Shown here: piece after piece, positions 24,483-32,000 of the stretch
Position numbering within the stretch: the stretch's first letter is position 1
Layout: every line of letters starts with the position of its first letter
Source of the DNA: Phycisphaera mikurensis NBRC 102666
Lineage (GTDB): Bacteria; Planctomycetota; Phycisphaerae; Phycisphaerales; Phycisphaeraceae
Direction of reading: 5' to 3'
DNA: 32,000 bases
Assembly: GCF_000284115.1 (NCBI RefSeq)
Contig: NC_017080.1
Span: 2,310,001-2,342,000, forward strand
The notes under the pieces: model-generated
What the model saw: the letters and a program-made list of their open reading frames with translations, nothing else
What the model was told of the DNA's origin: nothing
Databases searched by the model: none
Position numbers and translations under genes: made by a program

Positions 24483-25927
24483 GCCACGCCGACGCCCAGG
24501 ATGAACCGATGACCAGCCCGCCCGGGGCGGCCGGGACCGCCGTCGTGGTCGGCGGAGGCGTCGCGGGCGTCGCCGCGGCGGTCGCTCTGGCCGACGCCGG
24601 CGTCCGCGTGACGCTGCTCGAGCAGCGTGGCCGCCTCGGCGGGCGTGCCACCTCCGTCGACGACGCCAAGGCCGGCGGCGCCCTGGACAACGGCCAGCAC
24701 GTGGTGATGCGGTCGTGCACGCAGCTGCTCGCGCTCTACCGCCGCCTCGGCACCGCCGGCGAGCTGCGCTGGGCCGAGACCCTGCACTTCGCCGACCCCG
24801 ACGACCCGAGCACGCTGCACCCGCTCAAGGGCGACGACCTGCCCGCCCCGCTGCACCTCGTGCGGCCGCTGCTGGGCTTCGGGCTGCTGACGCTCGGCGA
24901 GCGGCTCTCGGTCGCCCGCGCGTCCCTCGCCGCGCTGCAGACCGGCCGCTCCTCCTGGGCCGCCCGGGGCGAGGAAAGCTTCGCCGACTGGCTCGCGGAG
25001 CACAAGCAAGGCGAAGCGGAGATCCAGAAGTTCTGGCGGCCGATGATCGTGTCGGCGTGCAACGAGGAGCCCGCCGGCGTCGCCGCCGGCGTCGGCCTGC
25101 AGGTGCTCTGCGAGGGCGTGATGTCGCGTGACGACGGGCTGGAGCTCGGCGTCGCCGCGGTGCCGCTGGCGGACCTGCTCGCGCCGGCGATCCCGATCAT
25201 CGAGGCCGCCGGCGGCGAGGTGCGCACCGGCACCACCGCCACCGGCTTCGACCTCGAGAGCGGCCGCGTTGCCGGCGTCACGCTCAACAGCGGCGAGTCC
25301 CTCGCGGCCGACCACGTCGTCGCCGCCGTCCCGGCCGACCGCCTCGCCGCCCTGCTGCCCGGAGGCCTCGCCGGCGACGACCGGCTGACCGGCCTGGACG
25401 CCCTCGGTTACAGCCCCATCGTCAGCGTCCACCTGCTGCTGCACGCCTTCGACGGCGGCGTGGTGCTGCCGGCGGAGCGCGTCGCCCTGCCCGGCCGTCC
25501 GATCCACTGGATGTTCGAGACCGCCGCGCCCGAAGGCGCAGAGGACGCCCAGAACCTCCGGCACGTCCGCTGCGTGGTTTCCGCCGCCCGCAACCTCGTG
25601 GACCTGCCCGCGGGCGAGATCACGGAGATCGCGATGCGGGAAGTCCGCCGCCTGGTCCCCGGCAAGCGGGTGGAGGCTCGCCACAGCCGCGTGATCAAGG
25701 AGCGGCACGCGACTTTCTCCGTCGCCCCGGGCTCCGATGCGCACCGCCCCGCGGCCGCGGGCCCCTCCGGCCTGCTGCTCGCCGGCGACTGGACCGCCAC
25801 CGGCTGGCCCGCGACGATGGAGGGCGCCGCCCGCAGCGGAGCCGCGGCGGCCGCGGCGGCGCTGGGAGAGGACCACCGGCCCGCGGCCCCGGAGGCGTCG
25901 CTGCTCTACCGCGTCATCGCGGGCTGA
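24479..25927 (+). CDS. hpnE: FAD-dependent hydroxysqualene dehydroxylase HpnE (amine-oxidase fold)
   Basis: The ATG at 24479 forms an ATGA overlap. VVVGGGVAGVAAAVALADAGVRVTLLEQRGRLGGRA is the dinucleotide-binding motif. The C-terminal LLLAGDWTATGWPATMEGAARSG motif is present. Position after hpnC-hpnD supports the call. Confidence 0.85.
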   Translation: MSHADAQDEPMTSPPGAAGTAVVVGGGVAGVAAAVALADAGVRVTLLEQRGRLGGRATSVDDAKAGGALDNGQHVVMRSCTQLLALYRRLGTAGELRWAETLHFADPDDPSTLHPLKGDDLPAPLHLVRPLLGFGLLTLGERLSVARASLAALQTGRSSWAARGEESFADWLAEHKQGEAEIQKFWRPMIVSACNEEPAGVAAGVGLQVLCEGVMSRDDGLELGVAAVPLADLLAPAIPIIEAAGGEVRTGTTATGFDLESGRVAGVTLNSGESLAADHVVAAVPADRLAALLPGGLAGDDRLTGLDALGYSPIVSVHLLLHAFDGGVVLPAERVALPGRPIHWMFETAAPEGAEDAQNLRHVRCVVSAARNLVDLPAGEITEIAMREVRRLVPGKRVEARHSRVIKERHATFSVAPGSDAHRPAAAGPSGLLLAGDWTATGWPATMEGAARSGAAAAAAALGEDHRPAAPEASLLYRVIAG

Positions 25928-25975
25928 TCCGCGGCGGCTGCTGGCAGCCCGCGAGCGGACCCGCCCGCCACGGCT

Positions 25976-26740
25976 TCACTTCCGCGGCTTGGACCGCGGC
26001 CTGCCGGGGACCCCGCGTTCCGCAGGCGGGGCCGGCTCGAGCCCGAGGCTCGGCGGACGCAGCCCGGCCGCCGGGCCGAGCACCACGCCGTGGCCCAGCA
26101 GGCGGCCGGCGACGTCGAGGTGCTCGGGATCGAGGTAGTACGCGTAGCGGAGGTTCTGCCGGGCGGCCGGCCGGTTGTTGACCGACTCGTAGAAGTCCGC
26201 GAGCAGCACGTACGGCTCCGGGTCGGTCGGCTCGGAGAAGGCGGCCGACTTGCGGAGGGCGTCCTCGGCGTTGTCGAAGTCGCCGATCTTCATCAGGTAG
26301 AAGGCCTTGCGGTTGTAGTCCCGGGGGTCCTGCCCGCCGTTGGCGATCGCCTCGTCGAGCAGCGCGTAGAGCCGCTCGGGCTTGTCTTGGGCCTCGTACA
26401 CCGACGCCAGGCGGTCGAGGATCTTCGGGGTCCACTTCGGGTCGTCGGGGGCCAGCGTCAACGCCTGCTCCAGCGGGAACTGCGCGTCGTCGAAGCGTTT
26501 CACGTTGATCAGCGAGGTCGCCCACCAGTAGTGGCTCGCCACGTCGGCCCCGTTCTTCTGCGCCGCGGCCCGGAACTGGTCGGCCGCCGCCTCGTACCGC
26601 TTCGCCTGGTAGAGCGTGAAGCCCTGGTTCCGGTTGGCCGCGAACGTGCTCGCCGAGGGCGTGCCCACGCAGCCCAAGAGCGGGAGCGTGAGCCCGAGCG
26701 TGGCGGCGGCGAGGGCGAGGCGGCGGTTTCGAGGTCGCAT
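25976..26740 (-). CDS. TPR-repeat lipoprotein
   Basis: MRPRNRRLALAAATLGLTLPLLGC has a lipobox (LLGC). Several TPR-like units follow (YQAKRYEAAADQFRAAAQ, LINVKRFDDAQFPLEQALTLAPDD, YLMKIGDFDNAEDALRKS). Confidence 0.8.
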   Translation of the reverse strand: MRPRNRRLALAAATLGLTLPLLGCVGTPSASTFAANRNQGFTLYQAKRYEAAADQFRAAAQKNGADVASHYWWATSLINVKRFDDAQFPLEQALTLAPDDPKWTPKILDRLASVYEAQDKPERLYALLDEAIANGGQDPRDYNRKAFYLMKIGDFDNAEDALRKSAAFSEPTDPEPYVLLADFYESVNNRPAARQNLRYAYYLDPEHLDVAGRLLGHGVVLGPAAGLRPPSLGLEPAPPAERGVPGRPRSKPRK

Positions 26741-26823
26741 GAGCGCAAGCTACCCGAACGGCCGGCGGCGTCTCGCCCGCCGGAGCGCCCGGGAAGGAGG
26801 GGGCCACGCGCTAGCCTCGCCGC

Positions 26824-27288
26824 GTGAGCGTCGCCGCCGAGACCGTCCTGCTCCGGCACGCGCAGCGGGGCGACAGCCACCTCGACTGGATGATCGACCT
26901 GCCCGACGGCACCGACACGCTGCGGACCTTCCGCTGCGCCGCGGCCTGGAGCGACTTCGACCGGCTCGGCCGGGTCGGCCTGCTCGGGCTCGCCCCCCAC
27001 CGCCGCGCCTGGCTCACCCGGCAGGGCCGCCCCCGCGGCCCCCGCTCCGCCGGCCGCGGCCGGGTCCTCCGCCTCGCCCGCGGCACCGCCGAGGTCGAGC
27101 ACGCCGATTGCCACGGCTTCCACCTGCGCCTCGCCTGGCCGGCCGGTCCGGGCCACGCCGCCGGCGCCTTCCGCGGCCGCGTGGTCCGCCTGCACCGCGA
27201 GCGCTTCGAGTTCCTCCGCGACGACCACGAGCCACCCGCCCCGCACGCCGGCCGCTTCCTGCGGGCGACGCCCCCCGGCGGCCGATAA
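26824..27288 (+). CDS. Small protein resembling the LigD N-terminal 3'-phosphoesterase-like (LigD_N) domain
   Basis: GTG at 26824, with high GC3. LLRHAQRGDSHLDWMIDLPDG resembles the KH..S.LHYDFRLEL core. APHRRAWLTRQG and GRGRVLRLARGT are spaced like the DHPLEY.FEG and GGGTV.LWD.GT elements. The assignment rests on memory only. Confidence 0.5.
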   Translation: MSVAAETVLLRHAQRGDSHLDWMIDLPDGTDTLRTFRCAAAWSDFDRLGRVGLLGLAPHRRAWLTRQGRPRGPRSAGRGRVLRLARGTAEVEHADCHGFHLRLAWPAGPGHAAGAFRGRVVRLHRERFEFLRDDHEPPAPHAGRFLRATPPGGR

Positions 27289-27295
27289 CCCCGCC

Positions 27296-28321
27296 GTGTC
27301 CGACGTCCTCGATCAAAGCGAAGTCGACGCCCTGCTGGCGTCGGTCGAGTCGGTGGAGGACGAGAACGCCGGCTGGGAGGGCGGCACGACCCTGCTCCAC
27401 TCCCGCCGGCTCGGTGGCGTGGTCGAAGCGGACCTGGAGGTCCGCGGCTACGACTTCAAGCGGCCCGAGCGCGTCAGCAAAGAGCAGATGCGCTCGCTGG
27501 AACACCTCCACGAGGTCTTCGCCCGCGCCTTCGGCGCCCAGCTCTCCGGCTTCCTGCGCTCGATCGTCGAGTGCCGCGTCGCCCGGACCGAGCAGATGAC
27601 CTTCGCGGAGTTCACGCACGCGCTGCCCAACCCCACCTGCTTCAACCTGCTGGAGGCCGAGGCGCTCTCGGGCAGCTTCTGCCTCGAGGTCAGCCCGCTG
27701 GTCGTCTACCCGGTCATCGACCGGCTGCTCGGCGGCGGCGGCGGCTCCGACCTGTTCATCCCCCAGCGACCGCTCACCGCCATCGAGCAGCGGCTCGTCG
27801 GCAAGCTGCTCGACCGCGCGGTGCCGTGCCTCCGGGAGGCGTGGTCGGGCGTGGTCGACGCCGATTTCCGCATCTCCGAGGCCGACAGCAACCCCGCGCT
27901 CGTGCAGATCGTTCCGCCCAACGAGGTCGTCGTGGTGATCAGCTTCGAGCTGCGCCTCGGCGAGCGGACCGGGACCATGGCGATGTGCATCCCCTACGCG
28001 GCCATCGAGCCGGTCATCGGCAACCTCAGCCAGAGCACCTACGGCGCGTACCAGCGTCAGGACGACACCGGCGAGCCCCGCCGCCGCTTGAGCCAGCACC
28101 TCGACAACGCCCGCCTGCCGCTCTCGGCGGTCCTCGCCCGCACCACCATCACGCTCGGAGAGCTGTCCAACCTCGAGGTCGGCGACGTGATCCTGACCGA
28201 CCAGCCCGCGGCGGGGCTGCTGCGCCTGCACGTCGGCGGCCGCAAGAAGCTCGCGGGGCGTCTCGCCCAGCACGAGGGCAAGCGGGCTTTCGTCATCGCC
28301 GACGCGCCCGCCGGACGGTGA
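27296..28321 (+). CDS. fliM: Flagellar motor switch protein FliM
   Basis: The GTG at 27296 is 8 nt after the upstream stop. The N-terminal [10 protein letters not shown] is the CheY-P-binding LSQxEIDALL-type motif. The middle domain reads [26 protein letters not shown]...LPNPTCF...[17 protein letters not shown]. The C-terminal SpoA/FliN-like segment is [16 protein letters not shown]. Confidence 0.85.
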   Translation: MSDVLDQSEVDALLASVESVEDENAGWEGGTTLLHSRRLGGVVEADLEVRGYDFKRPERVSKEQMRSLEHLHEVFARAFGAQLSGFLRSIVECRVARTEQMTFAEFTHALPNPTCFNLLEAEALSGSFCLEVSPLVVYPVIDRLLGGGGGSDLFIPQRPLTAIEQRLVGKLLDRAVPCLREAWSGVVDADFRISEADSNPALVQIVPPNEVVVVISFELRLGERTGTMAMCIPYAAIEPVIGNLSQSTYGAYQRQDDTGEPRRRLSQHLDNARLPLSAVLARTTITLGELSNLEVGDVILTDQPAAGLLRLHVGGRKKLAGRLAQHEGKRAFVIADAPAGR

Positions 28322-28479
28322 CCGGCGGCCGGGGTGCGGGCCTCGGCGGCGCCGCGTGGAGCGTTCGCCGCCCGGGCCGCTCTGCCACAACGGCAGAAGG
28401 CTCCGCGGCCCCGGCGGAGAGAAGGCAGACGGAGCCGGATCCCGCGGGCCGCGACCGCGGCGGGAGCCGCTCCGGCGAG

Positions 28480-28495
28480 TGGCACACGGCTTGCA
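28480..28495 (+). promoter_or_regulatory. Exact sigma-54 (-24/-12) consensus upstream of groEL1
   Basis: TGGCACacggcTTGCA matches TGGCAC-N5-TTGCA at all 11 specified positions. The -12 element ends 70 nt upstream of the groEL1 ATG at 28566. Confidence 0.5.
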
Positions 28496-28565
28496 ATCTT
28501 CGGGACCCGCGGGCTTGCCGTCCGCGGCCGAACCCGCACGCACCCTCCACCGGAGATCCACACCC

Positions 28566-30266
<1,701 letters not shown>

Positions 30267-30277
30267 CGCAGTCCAAC

Positions 30278-30323
30278 CCGCGGACCGTCGTCGCTGGCAA
30301 GCGAAAACGTCCACGGTCCGCGG
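30278..30323 (+). terminator. Perfect 11 bp stem-loop between groEL1 and groES (terminator, attenuator or processing site)
   Basis: ccgcggaccgt-(24 nt)-acggtccgcgg starts 12 nt after the groEL1 stop. Only a weak ttt follows it. Confidence 0.35.
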
Positions 30324-30388
30324 CGCTTTCCCGACCCGCTCCGGCGAATCCGACTTCAATCAGAACCAACTCCCACAGGAACGAACCC

Positions 30389-30709
30389 ATGGCCAAGAAG
30401 GCCCCCACCAAGACCAAGTCCACCACCCTCAACCCCCTCGACGACCGCGTGATCGTCCAGCCCCAAGAGGCCGAGGAGCGCACCGCCTCGGGCATCTACC
30501 TGCCCGAGGGCGCCAAGGAGAAGCCCCAGACCGGCACCATCCTCTCCGCCGGCCCCGGCAAGCGCGACGACGACGGCAAGCGCATCGCCATGAACGTCAA
30601 GAAGGGCGACACCGTCCTCTACGGCAAGTACAGCGGCACCGAGATCGAGATCGACGGCGACAAGCTGATGATCATGCGGGAGTCGGAGCTGCTCGGCGTG
30701 TACGAGTGA
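30389..30709 (+). CDS. groES: Co-chaperonin GroES
   Basis: LNPLDDRVIVQPQEAEERTASGIYLPEGAKEKPQTGTILSAGPG...KKGDTVLYGKYSGTEIEIDGDKLMIMRESELLGV is the canonical Cpn10. It carries a short Lys/Thr-rich N-terminal extension. Confidence 0.95.
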   Translation: MAKKAPTKTKSTTLNPLDDRVIVQPQEAEERTASGIYLPEGAKEKPQTGTILSAGPGKRDDDGKRIAMNVKKGDTVLYGKYSGTEIEIDGDKLMIMRESELLGVYE

Positions 30710-30711
30710 GC

Positions 30712-30833
30712 AAGAGCGAAGAAGCGAAGAAGCGAAGAAGGGAGGAAGTCAGACAGCGGGCGTCGCTCGATGGACTTCCAAGCCTCACCTGCTGACTTCT
30801 CCGCTTCCCAACTTCTTCGCTTCTTCGCTTGAG
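30712..30833 (+). repeat. Long imperfect inverted repeat containing 3x GCGAAGAA tandem units, in the groES-groEL2 spacer
   Basis: 30722-30740 (aagcgaagaagcgaagaag) pairs perfectly over 19 bp with 30812-30830 (cttcttcgcttcttcgctt). An upper 8-9 bp stem forms between 30744/45-30752 and 30792-30800. The apical loop is about 39 nt. Confidence 0.7.
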
Positions 30834-30879
30834 CGGCGCAGCCGCTGCCCCCCCACCACGAACCAAAGGAGCCAAAACC

Positions 30880-32000
30880 ATGGCAACCAAGCAAATGATC
30901 TTCGGCGCCGAAGCGCAGTCCGAACTCAGAAGCGGCCTCGAGAAGCTCGCCGCCGCCGTCAAGATCACGATGGGCCCCACCGGCCGCAACGTGATCCTCC
31001 AGAAGTCCTACGGCGGCCCCGCCGTCACCAAGGACGGCGTCTCCGTCGCCAAGGAAGTGGAGCTGGAGTCTCCCTTCGAGAACATGGGCGCGAAGATGGT
31101 CGTCGAGGTCGCCAAGAAGACCGGCGACAAGGCCGGCGACGGGACGACCACCTCGGTCGTCCTCGCCGAGGCGATCTACAAAGAGGGCCTGCGGCACGCG
31201 TCCGCGGGCGCGAACAGCGTCGCGCTGCAGCGCGGCATCAACGCCGCCGCCGAGGCCGCCAGCGAGGCGATCAAGGCGATGGCCACCAAGGTCTCCGGCC
31301 GCGACGACCTGGAGAAGGTCGCCACCGTCTCCGCCAACCACGACCGCCACATCGGCCGGCTGCTCGCCGAGGCGATCGACAAGGTCGGCCACGACGGCGT
31401 CGTCGAGATCGAGGAGGGCAAGACCGCCGAGACCGAGCTGGAGTACGTCGAGGGCATGCAGTTCGACAAGGGCTACCTGTCGCCCTACTTCATGACCGAC
31501 CCCAACCACGCCGAGGCGGTCCTGGAGGACACGCTGATCCTCGTCCACGAGAAGAAGATCAGCAACCTGCCCGACCTCCTGCCGCTGCTCAACAAGGTGG
31601 CGATGGCGCAGAAGCCCCTGCTCATCATCGCCGAGGACGTGGAGAACGAGGCCCTCGCGGCCCTGGTCGTCAACCGCCTCCGCGGCGTGCTCAAGGTCGC
31701 GGCCGTCAAGGCCCCCGGCTTCGGCGACCGCCGCAAGGCCATGCTCGGCGACATCGCCGCGCTCACCGGCGCGACCTTCATCTCCGAGGATCTGGGGATC
31801 CAGCTGGACAGCCTCGAGCTGGATCAGCTCGGCACCGCCCGCAAGGTGACCGTCGGCAAGGACAACACGACGATCATCGAGGGCGGCGGCAAGAAAGCCG
31901 ACGTCGACGGCCGCGTCAAGCAGATCCAGAAGCAGATCGAGACCACCACCAGCGACTACGACCGCGAGAAGCTCCAGGAGCGTCTCGCGAAGCTGACCGG
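30880..32000 (+). CDS. groEL: Chaperonin GroEL (copy 2), 3'-truncated by the window edge
   Basis: This gene is missing from the ORF track because no stop lies in the window. My own translation from the ATG at 30880 gives [62 protein letters not shown]...[12 protein letters not shown]...[17 protein letters not shown]...[24 protein letters not shown] lies 8 nt upstream. Confidence 0.95.
   Translation, partial: MATKQMIFGAEAQSELRSGLEKLAAAVKITMGPTGRNVILQKSYGGPAVTKDGVSVAKEVELESPFENMGAKMVVEVAKKTGDKAGDGTTTSVVLAEAIYKEGLRHASAGANSVALQRGINAAAEAASEAIKAMATKVSGRDDLEKVATVSANHDRHIGRLLAEAIDKVGHDGVVEIEEGKTAETELEYVEGMQFDKGYLSPYFMTDPNHAEAVLEDTLILVHEKKISNLPDLLPLLNKVAMAQKPLLIIAEDVENEALAALVVNRLRGVLKVAAVKAPGFGDRRKAMLGDIAALTGATFISEDLGIQLDSLELDQLGTARKVTVGKDNTTIIEGGGKKADVDGRVKQIQKQIETTTSDYDREKLQERLAKLT

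Overview
This is a very GC-rich bacterial window with GC3-saturated codons and many GTG or TTG starts. I see no rRNA, tRNA, CRISPR array, transposase or integrase. All product calls come from motif recognition by eye, since no database search was possible. The gene content (hpnCDE squalene genes, multiple groEL copies, many unassignable proteins) suggests a Planctomycetota/PVC-like genome, but that is only a guess.

Gene content from left to right:
- 1-3319: two unassignable proteins. The second is membrane-anchored and carries two Gly/Phe-rich low-complexity blocks.
- 3730-20403: a roughly 17 kb surface-polysaccharide locus. It encodes an FAD oxidoreductase, a GT2 fused to a GT-C-like polytopic module, three further GT2 or GT2-like enzymes, one GT4, a Wzx-like flippase, a pyruvyl transferase, a Gfo/Idh/MocA oxidoreductase and a secreted protein. 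Embedded in it is a trio built around two HTTM (vitamin-K-carboxylase-like) membrane domains.
- 20607-22134, minus strand: lexA followed by a translationally coupled pair of helical proteins. A GTTC-N7-GTTC direct-repeat motif sits in each of the two non-coding gaps that flank lexA.
- 22585-25927: hpnC-hpnD-hpnE.
- 25976-26740: a TPR lipoprotein.
- 26824-28321: a LigD_N-like small protein immediately followed by an isolated fliM.
- 28566-32000: groEL1-groES-groEL2, with groEL2 running off the window. An exact sigma-54 consensus lies upstream of groEL1, and a long imperfect hairpin lies between groES and groEL2.

The candidates I rate highest for novelty are the lexA-linked module with its putative SOS boxes, the HTTM trio inside the glycan locus, and the sigma-54 element in front of groEL1.

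Many long ORFs in the six-frame track are GC-driven antisense or off-frame artefacts and were rejected.
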